Shown in pieces: positions 26,401 through 34,477 of a stretch of 64,000 bases of DNA; position 1 is the first letter of the stretch; the number at the start of each line of letters is the position of its first letter. The position numbers and the translations under genes are program-made. Below the pieces are notes generated by a model. That model was not told the DNA's origin and made no database searches. It saw nothing but the letters and a program-made list of their open reading frames with translations. This DNA is from Octopus vulgaris (Eukaryota), in assembly GCA_951406725.2 (NCBI GenBank), contig OX597827.1:52514001-52578000 (forward strand), read 5' to 3'.

Positions 26401-26745
26401 TCGAAGAACTAAAGTTCGTACCAAGGGAGGTGTACTAAGGCTTTTTATTAATGGAGGCCACTGTTTTAATTTATAATTCTGTTGAAAAATGCGACCCACG
26501 CCAAAACACGTCGCACTGTTTCGCAGTAGATGTCCGGGTAGTAAACATGCCATGCCACCTGGACCCAATATGAATGCTTTCCGGGTTAAACTGAGATTAG
26601 TTTTAAACATTCGAGTCGCCAAATTCCCTGGAAAGCTAACGTGCATTGATAATTTCTGCCCTTCATGAACCGATTTCACTCCATAGGACGAAGAACAATT
26701 GGGAACATATCGCCGAAGTTGAAAAGTTGTCGATCCATAAAACAT
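2058..26745 (-). CDS. ABCB10: ATP-binding cassette subfamily B member 10, mitochondrial half-transporter. 13 exons: join(complement) 26745-26265, 24449-24246, 20769-20567, 19609-19475, 16692-16546, 12326-12191, 10841-10746, 8961-8755, 7810-7731, 6205-6025, 4841-4798, 4059-4025, 2304-2058
   Basis: Exons read manually. All introns are GT..AG with matching phases, giving 2196 nt (731 aa + stop). Long basic N-terminal presequence, ABC membrane domain, Walker [10 protein letters not shown]-loop SQEP, signature LSGGQRQR, Walker B ILILDE, D-loop SALD, H-loop AHRL. Segments such as [34 protein letters not shown] and [19 protein letters not shown] match ABCB10 as I know it. The start codon is uncertain. 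Confidence 0.93.
2364..3210 (+). mobile_element. pogo/Tigger-type non-autonomous DNA transposon in ABCB10 intron 12
   Basis: 25-bp TIRs CCGTAAATCCTCGAGTATAATCCGC (24/25 match), TA on both sides, and a residual acidic peptide ...[16 protein letters not shown] at 2772-2876. Confidence 0.82.
4025..4059 (-). CDS. ABCB10: ABCB10 exon 12 ([12 protein letters not shown], Walker B)
   Basis: 35-nt exon; acceptor ttttag|, donor |gtaagt; phase 0-2. Confidence 0.92.
4798..4841 (-). CDS. ABCB10: ABCB10 exon 11 ([15 protein letters not shown])
   Basis: 44-nt exon; acceptor ttatcag|, donor |gtaagc; ABC signature. Confidence 0.93.
6025..6205 (-). CDS. ABCB10: ABCB10 exon 10 ([16 protein letters not shown]...GERGVMLS)
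   Basis: Acceptor ttttcag|, donor |gtgagt; 181 nt; phase 0-1. Confidence 0.94.
6420..7000 (-). mobile_element. Decayed L2/Jockey-group LINE 3' fragment
   Basis: Peptide DGAA...NTLQPLANR resembles the C-terminal region of L2/Jockey-group ORF2; heavily degenerate; boundaries approximate. Confidence 0.4.
7731..7810 (-). CDS. ABCB10: ABCB10 exon 9 ([27 protein letters not shown])
   Basis: Acceptor cctctag|, donor |gtaatt; 80 nt; phase 1-0; Q-loop. Confidence 0.93.
8755..8961 (-). CDS. ABCB10: ABCB10 exon 8 (start of NBD, Walker A GHSGCGKS)
   Basis: Translated by hand as [25 protein letters not shown]...[10 protein letters not shown]; acceptor acacag|, donor |gtaatt; 207 nt. Confidence 0.93.
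9193..10715 (-). mobile_element. Ty3/Gypsy LTR retrotransposon remnant: 5' LTR (10715-10070, interrupted by a SINE), PBS (~10068-10054) and disrupted gag (10005-9193)
   Basis: LTR begins TGTTG and ends CAATA (degenerate CAACA), followed at once by TGGTGGCATAAGGAT. The gag-like peptide ([18 protein letters not shown]...[12 protein letters not shown]...LIFIQG...ILSKME...TLQTIAEEC) has an internal stop. No pol remains. Confidence 0.75.
10098..10483 (-). mobile_element. tRNA-derived SINE, family 1, near full length, inserted in the LTR
   Basis: Head with A-box (TAGCTGTGTGG) and B-box (GGTTCAGTCCC), internal TA/TG microsatellite and conserved tail; close match to the copy at 16975-17369. Confidence 0.85.
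10746..10841 (-). CDS. ABCB10: ABCB10 exon 7 ([32 protein letters not shown])
   Basis: Translated by hand; acceptor tttcag|, donor |gtaagt; 96 nt; phase 1-1. Confidence 0.93.
12191..12326 (-). CDS. ABCB10: ABCB10 exon 6 ([17 protein letters not shown]...VGISMG)
   Basis: Acceptor tttttag|, donor |gtaagt; 136 nt; phase 0-1. Confidence 0.93.
12357..12672. repeat. Compound (TA)n/(CA)n microsatellite
   Basis: Seen directly. Confidence 0.9.
12674..12967 (-). mobile_element. Non-autonomous Helitron
   Basis: Minus strand starts A|TCTACTATAATAATA and ends with hairpin CCGGGtgaaaCCAGG ... CTAG|T; inserted between A and T with no TSD. Confidence 0.7.
12990..13600 (-). mobile_element. Tc1-family transposase fragment (pseudogenised)
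   Basis: HTH segment [12 protein letters not shown]...GLSQRKIAE, then RKKWAK...[12 protein letters not shown]...GRVWVWR containing the first catalytic D; in-frame stops. Confidence 0.82.
14110..14192. repeat. (TA)n microsatellite
   Basis: Long perfect TA run seen directly. Confidence 0.95.
14193..14392 (+). mobile_element. Short (TA)n-flanked repeat carrying a minimal hammerhead-like motif (Penelope pLTR-like)
   Basis: Lies between two TA runs; contains CTGATGA-A-GAGC-tct-GCTC-GAAACGTT at 14267-14293. Confidence 0.55.
14658..15311. repeat. Fold-back inverted duplication of a TTAGGG-containing repeat element; arms 14658-14900 and 14921-15160, with the right copy continuing to a TIR-like end at 15311
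   Basis: The arms are reverse complements with scattered mismatches; each contains short CCCTAA/TTAGGG runs. Confidence 0.88.
15700..15900 (-). mobile_element. Penelope-like element GIY-YIG endonuclease remnant
   Basis: [11 protein letters not shown]...[14 protein letters not shown] matches the PLE GIY-YIG pattern (VVY...YxGxT...FKxR). Confidence 0.55.
16546..16692 (-). CDS. ABCB10: ABCB10 exon 5 ([15 protein letters not shown]...AKALFFGF)
   Basis: Acceptor tctcag|, donor |gtgagt; 147 nt; phase 0-0. Confidence 0.93.
16975..17369 (-). mobile_element. tRNA-derived SINE, family 1
   Basis: Same head, body and tail as 10098-10483. Partial copies near 3256-3410(+), 28013-28222 plus 29322-29478(-), 30998-31147(+), 44154-44295(+) and 58715-58845(+). 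Confidence 0.85.
19475..19609 (-). CDS. ABCB10: ABCB10 exon 4 ([45 protein letters not shown])
   Basis: Absent from the ORF track and translated by hand; acceptor ttttacag|, donor |gtaagt; 135 nt; phase 0-0. Confidence 0.92.
20567..20769 (-). CDS. ABCB10: ABCB10 exon 3 ([13 protein letters not shown]...VGGLAMM)
   Basis: Acceptor tttcag|, donor |gtacgt; 203 nt; phase 1-0. Confidence 0.93.
21345..21495 (-). mobile_element. Short (TA)n-flanked repeat with hammerhead-like motif; related copies at ~29108-29295 and ~43482-43640
   Basis: Three similar 150-190 bp copies, each abutting a TA run and sharing CTTT-CTGTRGA-A-GAGY-GTAG-GCTC-GAAAYGTW-AAAK. Confidence 0.7.
21777..23900 (+). mobile_element. 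5'-truncated R4/Dong-clade non-LTR retrotransposon (RT + CCHC + restriction-like endonuclease), pseudogenised, in ABCB10 intron 2
   Basis: RT motifs [31 protein letters not shown] and YKYLGIL; [11 protein letters not shown]; C..CG..HIVS knuckle; [10 protein letters not shown]...KEREKVDKY; (TAA)n at both ends; many stops and frameshifts. Confidence 0.87.
24246..24449 (-). CDS. ABCB10: ABCB10 exon 2 ([18 protein letters not shown]...GRVYLIQIS)
   Basis: Acceptor tttgtag|, donor |gtatgt; 204 nt; phase 1-1; transmembrane segments. Confidence 0.93.
26265..26745 (-). CDS. ABCB10: ABCB10 exon 1 (mitochondrial targeting presequence to ...[17 protein letters not shown])
   Basis: Open frame from ATG 26745; donor TTCG|GTAAGA, phase 1; CpG-rich. 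Other in-frame ATGs at 26646, 26610 and 26553. Confidence 0.82.
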
Positions 26746-28227
26746 TATATTTTTGATGGAATGATTTTCCAGAAAAAAAAAGGAAAGTGGGATTTTTTTT
26801 TCTTCTTTTGTAGGAACGAATTTGAATCCCAGGAAGGAATTAGTAATCAAAGCATGTCAAATCAACCGGTGTATTAGAAAGAGAAATATTCCTGTTGAAA
26901 TATTTCCAGGCACATTCAATTATAGAAAACATTCAGAGGAATATCCTCAGATTCTACTACTTTGCTATTATAGAAAAATGTAGGTGTCAAGGGTTCAAGT
27001 TTATCGTATAACTAGCGCACTTAAACTTTTGCCTGTGACATTTTCTTGCTGTGCTTGAATATTGTTTATTATATTAGGCCTAAACGTCACTCTTTGCCCT
27101 TCGATAAAATACATTTCTTAGGTTATATATTTCTACATTTTTCTCAAGAAATTTATTCGCTTTCTTTTCTTTCTCGCCTCTTATCCTCAGAATCCATAGA
27201 TAGCAGGCTGTTTAGGTAATATTTCGGAATTTATTAACATTAAGCTTCATGCCCTTCAAGAACACATAGACCTCTAAATGAACTTCTGTAGTATTGCACT
27301 TGCCTTTTCATACATTTCGTCTACGGGTAACTGTATTTGTTAATTTTTAGCTACGATTTATCTAGATTTTGAGATAGAAACAAATGTTGGCTTCTGTTTC
27401 TATGGTTTCGTTGAGAGTTTGAATTATACGTCCTCAGAGCGATAGTTAAGTACCGGAGAGCAGAGTTCGTGAAAATGTTCAATTTCCTTTAAGTTTTTAC
27501 TCCTCATACCTGTGATTTCAAATCGTAGTCAATAGCCAAGAACGGAATTAACCTTTCCATGCTAATTTACCTTAAAACATTATGTTCCATCGTTGTTAAG
27601 CTCCAGATCAAGCAGATCATAACAGAATTATGATTAAAAGCAGGGGTTCCCAAACAGACAACCACGGTGCGGCGGTGTGATCTTGTGGAGTAACAAAACC
27701 GTGCAAATGCTTGAAATAGGTTCTGCTTTTACCGGAATTTTTAATTTTAAAAATAATTTTCTTCAACTTTCCATATGAAATATGTCAGTAATAATTTAGT
27801 GAATCTTGAGTGTGTCATGTTAAAAAAAAAATTGATCTAAATTTTTCCTGTCTTGACCATCTTTTTGGTTGTGTCTAGACTACATTACCTAGTGTGTCCT
27901 TCCCTGAAAAAAATGTTGAGCATGATTTGGGGAAGATTTGAATGCTATTCCTAGCTGGTTAAAGATCGCATAAAGACTCGTTCATTGGTTATATATATAT
28001 ATTCTTTTATTCATTTATTTGTTTCAGTCATTTGACTGCGGCCATGCTGAAGCACCGCCTTAAGTCGAAAAAACTCGACCTCAGGACTTATTCTTTGTAA
28101 GCCCAGTACTTATTCTATCGTTTTCTTTTGCCGAACCGCTATGTTACGGGGACGTAAATACACCAACATCGGTTGTCAAGCGATGGTGATGGGGACAAAC
28201 ACAGACACACACACACACACACATATC

Positions 28228-29068
28228 TGTAGGGCAGCTGATGGTGGAGGTGTGTTGGATTGTGGGTATGGCTGTTATTGTATGTGTGGAATAGTTTTAT
28301 AAGACATCCATTTGATCTATATGTATATATGTGTGTGTGTGTGTGTGTAGTGACTTCATGCAGGCCATGGATTCAATCCTCGGTGGCCAAATTTCACTTA
28401 ACAGTTCAACAGCACTTTTCTCACTGTAAAGGAATAGTTTTTCTTTGAGTGACAGCAGTTACATTTGTCAGATGCCTTTGCTAAGCAGAATGATGTCTTT
28501 GCCACTTGACCCTTCTAACCTCCACCAAAAGCTAGAATAGAGATAACAAACTTCCAACGAAATCTATTGTCCTCAACAATATGTCTATCCTTCTAGCTGG
28601 TTTTGGATAGTTATAAATACTAGAATTTGGTAAGGCAAAACCAGTTAGTGAGAGCAACATTTAAGGAACAGACAACTAGAGTCATGGCCACAAGCAACCA
28701 GCCACTAAAGACAAACGGCCAGAGGGAGAAAGAAAGTTACAATTAGCAACTACAAGACACAACTTCCCTCAACTCTCACTCTCACTAGCTCACTTTCTTT
28801 TCTCGAGATCTTTACTCCCTCTCTATCTGAAGGTTACTACAACACAATGGTGAGAACACAAACACCAACTATACAAGAAGTTAACTTCCTTTATCTTGCA
28901 TGCCCTTCCACTTATATTATATCACACACCTGCCTGTTGAGGCATGGTATTATATTAAGTAATGGTAAATAAATATTTCTTTATGACTTTGATCACTGTT
29001 TGTCTTTCATCTTGTGCATCAACAATAACCTCATGACCACTGATTCTACCTTAACAATAACCATTACA
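28228..29068 (+). mobile_element. Possible solo LTR splitting a family-1 SINE
   Basis: Begins TGTA and ends TACA, with TATAAA near 28612 and AATAAA near 28968; lies between the two halves of one SINE. No TSD seen. Confidence 0.35.
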
Positions 29069-29295
29069 CACACACACACACATACACACACATATATATA
29101 TATATAAAGGGAAAGTTTACGAAAATAAACAAAAGACGAAGGCAGGTGGTGTACAAACAAACAGATGTATTAGTATAGCACTCAGGAACAGAAAAAGTCT
29201 TTTACATTTCGAGCCTACACTCTTCTACAGAAAGGTACACAGAAAAAACAAGGAGAGAAAAAAAATGTGTGCAGTAGCTAATGATCTATCATGGT

Positions 29296-29327
<32 letters not shown>

Positions 29328-29616
29328 GGTTTCTTTCAGTTTCCATCTACCAAATCAACTCAAAAGCTTTGGTCAGCCTGAGGCTATAGTAGAAAACACT
29401 TGCCCAAGGTGCCACGCTGTGGGAATGAACCTGGAGCCATGTGGTTGGGAAGTGAGTGTTTTACCACATAGCCATGCATTCTCTCCCTATTTTTACCATG
29501 GCCAGTCCCATACCATAGCCACGTGCATAGGATCAAGCACTGTCAAAGCCAAAGGGTAGCATGCTGCACAAGGTGTACAAGAAGGTCGTAGCTATATATA
29601 TATATATATATATCTC

Positions 29617-30230
29617 ATCATCATCATCGTTTAACGTCCGCTTTCCATGCTAGCATGGGTTGGACGATTTTGACTGAGGGCTGGTGAACCAGATGGCTGC
29701 ACCAGGCTCCAATCTTGATTTGGCAGAGTTTCTACAGCTGGATGCCCTTCCTAACGCCAACCACTTTGAGAGTGTAGTGGGTACTTTTTACGTGCCACTG
29801 GCACAGGAGCGAGTCAGGCGGTACTGGCAATGATCTCTCTCGAATCCTTTTACACATGCCACCAGCACAGGTGCCAGTAAGGCAACGCTGGTAACGATCA
29901 CGCTCAAATGGTGCCCTTTAAGTGCCACTGGCACGGAAGCTGATTAGCCGCTCTGTCAACAATCACGCTCGCATGGTGTTCTTTGCGCCCTGCTAGCACT
30001 GGCGCCAGTCATCGAATTTGATTTTGATTTTGATTTTGCTTTTGATTGATTTCACTTGCCTCAACAGGTCTTCGCAAGCAGAGTTTTAGTGTCCAAAGAA
30101 GGAAAAGGTACGCATAAGTGGGCTGGTTACACCCCTAGCATAGGTCATGAGATTATGGTTTCATTTGGCTTGCCGTGTCTTCTCATGCTTGGCATATTTC
30201 CAAAGGTCTCGGTCACTAGTCATTTCCTTG
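29617..30230 (-). mobile_element. Interspersed repeat with (GAT)n tail and ~60-bp internal subunits (RTE-tail-sharing SINE-like); copies at 1-235, 43655-44145(+) and 53580-53850
   Basis: Near-identical to window positions 1-235; repeated GTGCCAC.GGCAC...GCCAGT units; 3' end resembles RTE tails elsewhere in the window. Confidence 0.72.
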
Positions 30231-30234
30231 GTAT

Positions 30235-30700
30235 ATGAGGTGCATTCAGAAATTTTTACTTTTTTTAGAAGAGGTAGTTATAAATGTCCTAGATTATTGT
30301 AATTTTAGCAAGTCATTACTATACATCTAATAAGCCGACCTACCAACTTTCATTAATCCAGAGTGAAGGTAACTGCTGTGACAACATTCTGAATACGCCC
30401 CAATAAACACTTCTTGTCACAGCTGACTAGTTTGCAAAATGCAGCTGGGATGTTTGAATGCTCACTATGCAATAAAGTTTTGTGTTAAACTGGGCAAAAA
30501 CACTACAGAAACTTATAAAATGCTCCAGATTGCATATGGATTAAATTTTCAGCTGGCACAAAAGGTTCAAGGACAGTAGAGAGGAGGTGAGAGATGATGG
30601 GAGGTTGGAAAGGGAAAGGGACATTAGAATGTCAGAGCTGGTTAAGAAAATTTGCCCTTTTCTGGATGAAGACCATTACATATCTAGACACAGAAGACAG
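30235..30700 (+). mobile_element. Mariner 5' fragment
   Basis: AIKFCVKLGKNTTETYKMLQIAYG (mariner HTH) at ~30468-30540. Confidence 0.6.
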
Positions 30701-31150
30701 AAACTGAAAAGAACCCATTATATATTTATAAATGTGCGTGCTTATGTGTGTGTGTGTTTTTGTCTATGTTTGTATTGATTTCATGTGAAGATTGTTAATA
30801 GGCGTCACTGTCATACAAGCAATGTTGTTCATTTCCTGTCTTCTATGGTAAAGAAACATTAACTTTCATAGAAATAGGTGAGGCTTGGAAACAGTATCTG
30901 GTTGTAGGAAATCTGCTGTAACAAATCCAGTGTGAGCCATACAAACAGAAATTCAGACAATAATGATAATGGTGACAACAATGATGATCATGATATATAG
31001 GAGCAAGCATGCCTGTGTGGTAAGAAGCTTGGTTCTGGGTTTAGTCACACTGTGAGGCACCTCAGGTCAGTGTCTTCTACTATGGTCTGGGACTGACCAA
31101 AGCCTTGTGAATAGATTTGGGAAACGGAAACTGAAAGAAGCCTGTCATAC

Positions 31151-31204
<54 letters not shown>

Positions 31205-31206
31205 GT

Positions 31207-31720
31207 AAAAATACAAACTGGGACAAGAACGCAAAACATTTAGAAGACGATACAAAAAACATGGAGGGACATTCGAAGCCTTCAATCTTCAGTCAAGAAC
31301 CGGATCATCCTCGCAATTTCGGCTGATTAATCTTGAGATTGTTCCGATCTGGCCAGCCCCAAAGGAAAATCTAAGCCAAGCACATTAGATTCCTTAAAAG
31401 AAAGCCTCAAATGTATACAAAACAAGGACGGAAAAACGGACGATGTTACACAACATATTTTTGTATTCTTATTCGTGTAACATCGTCCGTTTTTCCGTCC
31501 TTGTTTTGTATACATTCGAGGCTTTCTTCCAAGGAATCTAATGCGCTTGGCTTAGATTTTCCTTTGGGGCTGGCCAGATTGGAGCAATTTCAAGATTAAT
31601 CAGCCGAAATTGCGAGGATGATCTGGGTCTTGACTGAAGATTGAAGGCTTCTAATGTCCCGTCTGTGTTTTTTGTATCGTCTTCTAAATGTTTTGCGTTC
31701 TTGTCCCAGTTTGTATTTTT
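31207..31720. repeat. Long near-perfect inverted repeat (arms 31207-31451 and 31475-31720, 23-nt spacer) between (TA)n runs
   Basis: Direct base comparison of the arms; the ORF track gives mirror-image peptides on opposite strands (MYTKQGRKNGRCYT...). Confidence 0.92.
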
Positions 31721-31763
31721 TTATATATACATATATATATAGCGGCGCCTGTACCCTTTTGGT

Positions 31764-31807
<44 letters not shown>

Positions 31808-31854
31808 TAACAAAACCTGCAGTTGTTTGATATTATTTAGTCACCATTCACCAC

Positions 31855-32075
31855 AAAGGCAGTGAGCTGGTAGACTCATTAGTGTGCCAGATGAAATGCT
31901 TAGTAGTATTTCATCTGCCGCTATCTTCTGAGTTCAAAGTCTGCTGAGGTCGACTTTGTCTTTCAGCCTTTCAGGGTCAATAAATTAAGTACCAGTGAAA
32001 CACTGGGGTCACTGTAATCGACTAGACCCCTCCCCACAAATTTGAGGCCTTGTGCTTCCAGTAGAAAGGATTATT
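31855..32075 (+). mobile_element. SINE family 2 (tRNA-like head, MetaSINE-like core); other copies at ~35121-35335(-), 21569-21762(-), 19935-20090(-), 11335-11580(-), 3815-4000(-), 59638-59825(+) and a cluster at 1320-1820
   Basis: Recurrent AAGGCAGTGAGCTGG...GAGTTCAAA...CCTTTCATCCTTTCGGGGTCGAT..AAGTACCAG consensus. Confidence 0.75.
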
Positions 32076-32309
32076 TATTTCACCATTACACATGTTTCAT
32101 TTGCTAATCGGAATTACAGAGTCCTACATGTTGGATAGATATGCAAGGAATTTCCTAGCAGAAATTCTTCAGACAGAGAAACTAGGAAATACAAATTTTA
32201 CATTTGGATGAAGTATTTATATTTAGATAGTAATCAGGAGCAGTATAGATAGTTAGGATGAAGGAAGGAGAAGCAAATCAGATATTACAGAAAGAAAAAG
32301 AAGAGAGAA

Positions 32310-32830
32310 AGTTTATGCAATGGCAGTCCTGTGGGTTGTGGAGAGTTGAGAAATTCAACTGGATACTCAACAGTGGCATGTTTGTTGATGGTAGTATCAA
32401 TGGACAGAAACATTGAAGCATCTCCAGGTAGAATGTGGAGGAGTTCATGGTTTACTTTATCAATGCTTTCATTCCGAGGTGCTAAAATATCTCTCTCTGC
32501 GAACCATGCTATGTTTTTGAAGTTGTCTTGCAATGTGGGAAATAGATTTTCTTAAGTTTGGCCAATGTAGACACCTTGTGCTCACATTGCAGTACGTGCT
32601 GCTGCAGGGTGTTATTCAATGGTAAGGCGCCATTTCCAATTTGTAGAAGCTGATGAGAGAATTCTTCAGCTAAGGGATCAGTGTAGAGATGAGCTTGCAT
32701 ATTCTTGCTTAATGAAAGCTGATGAACAAACCTCCACAGAGGTGAAAACTTCAGACATGCATAGATCTCATCAGCTCGCATACCCTGTGGTATGACTGGT
32801 AATACTTCACAGAATTCCCCGGAAAGTGCA
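32310..32830 (-). mobile_element. Helitron RepHel PIF1-helicase fragment (frameshifted)
   Basis: LSGEFCEVLPVIP (GDFRQ-like), CLKFSPLW, LSKNM, FSHQLLQIGNG, ERDILAPRN, YPVEFLNS...GLPLHKL. Confidence 0.85.
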
Positions 32831-32849
32831 TTGCCACAAGCTTCCATCT

Positions 32850-33775
32850 TGCCACAAATCAGAGCAAGGCACCACGGTCAGACAGTAGGTTATTACTGAT
32901 GCTATAATCACCTCCGCCTCCCTAGCAAGGATAACGCCTGCTCAGACCAGGTCTGGGTTAGAGCAGTCACCTTGCTGGTCACCGCACTCCAATTTTTCTC
33001 TATCTGGAGGTCTGGACCAACCCAGACTCCGAGCAGTTTAACAGGACCTTCCTTGCAATGCCCCATAACGTTATTGGATGCCATCGGCTTGCCCCACCAG
33101 GTGCTGAGTTGCAAACCGACCGACTTGTCCTTGTTAACCTTTGCTCCTGCCACCGCCTTGTAACATTTGGTGGTCTCTTCCACCACTGGAATCTGGCCCT
33201 CATCTGCCACGATGATGGAGATGTCATCTGCATACGTTGTAGCTCCTCTTCCACACCATAGATCATGTGGCGTGGCCCCTAGTGCCTCCAACGTCTGCAG
33301 CAATGGCTCAAGAGCCAATACATACAAAAGCAGAGACAGGGGACACCCGTGACACACTGAGCACTCGATCTCAAATGCTTTGAAAAGAAACCATTCACTT
33401 TCACGACAGACTCAATGATGTCGCTGTACAATGCAGCAATCCAACCATGGAAGGTTGGGCCCAGGTCAGCCTCCTCGAGGACTGCCACTAAGTACCAATG
33501 GTTGACCCTATCAAATGCTTTAGACTGGTCTAAATGTACCAGTGACCTCCCCCCTGCGTCAGAAAAATTCCTCACCCTCTCTAAGGGTAAGCGTATAAGA
33601 TGGAGATTGTCGTGGAACGACCTGCCTGGGATAGCGCATGCTTGCGCTTCCCCTACAAGTCTGTCCACGACACATGCCAGCCTTTTCGCTAGCTCCTTGG
33701 CCAAAATCTTTAACTCTGTATTCAACAGAGTTATGGGCCTGAAATTTCCTATTTCATCCCCCTTGCTCAGGTCCT
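32850..33775 (-). mobile_element. L1/Tx1-clade reverse transcriptase fragment (frameshifted)
   Basis: NFRPITLLNTELKILAK, LDQSKAFDRV, GCPLSLLLYVLALEP, YADD, GAKVNKDKS, KLLGVW. Confidence 0.88.
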
Positions 33776-34080
33776 TTCTGTGACTTTCATCACCTGGTCC
33801 AGAAATCTGATGCTTCTGCAATTATTTCTGTCCAAGGCATCACCTTTGCCTTTGTAGCAGCTGACTATAATAGTTCCTTGTGAACAACCTGATTCTATAT
33901 GAGTAACTAGGCTTTATCCTGCTCCACCAAATACTGTAAGCATCTCAGCAGTGATGGGCCAAGGGCTTTCCTTGTCTTTATATCCTTAATTGCTTTATCT
34001 ACCAAGCTAATGTTGATTCAGATAGCTGGTCCCTTAGGTCTATATTTGGCAGACTAGCCTTCTCCCACGCACTCTCTATA
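33772..34080 (-). mobile_element. RTE-clade LINE fragment
   Basis: Hand translation IVSCYKGKGDALDRNNCRSIRFLDQVMKVTER, an RTE RT N-terminal motif. Confidence 0.7.
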
Positions 34081-34446
34081 TTTAGTAGCCTTTTATAATG
34101 GCATTAACAATAAATTTTCCAATGTTTTGTTGTACAATAATTCTACAAACAATATTTCCAGAACTTTTAACTTAAATATGCACTTTGCAGCTACACAAAA
34201 ACGACAGCAAGTACATATTGGATTGTAATAATGAAATAAACAGATGTGCTCCAAAAGGAAACAGCTGGAATTTTATGCTACCCACCTACATAATATATAT
34301 ATAAAAAAAGGAAATGAAGAAAATGCTGACAAAATAATTTAAGTAAGGGAGAGTGTATTTAATTAGGTGAAAGTTCTTTACTGGTTGCACATTTGTTATG
34401 CTTATCAAAAGATATTTTTTTAAGAGAGATAGAGTATATCTGAGAA

Positions 34447-34477
<31 letters not shown>

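Noticed and set aside
27180-27225. Possible plus-strand splice donor (TTTAG|GTAATA) of a transcript divergent from ABCB10
   Set aside because: A lone donor-like motif with no downstream exon identified; not supportable without RNA data.
29780-30010. Regularly spaced ~60-bp units resembling a CRISPR array
   Set aside because: Degenerate internal subunits of a eukaryotic interspersed repeat; no identical repeats with unique spacers and no cas genes.
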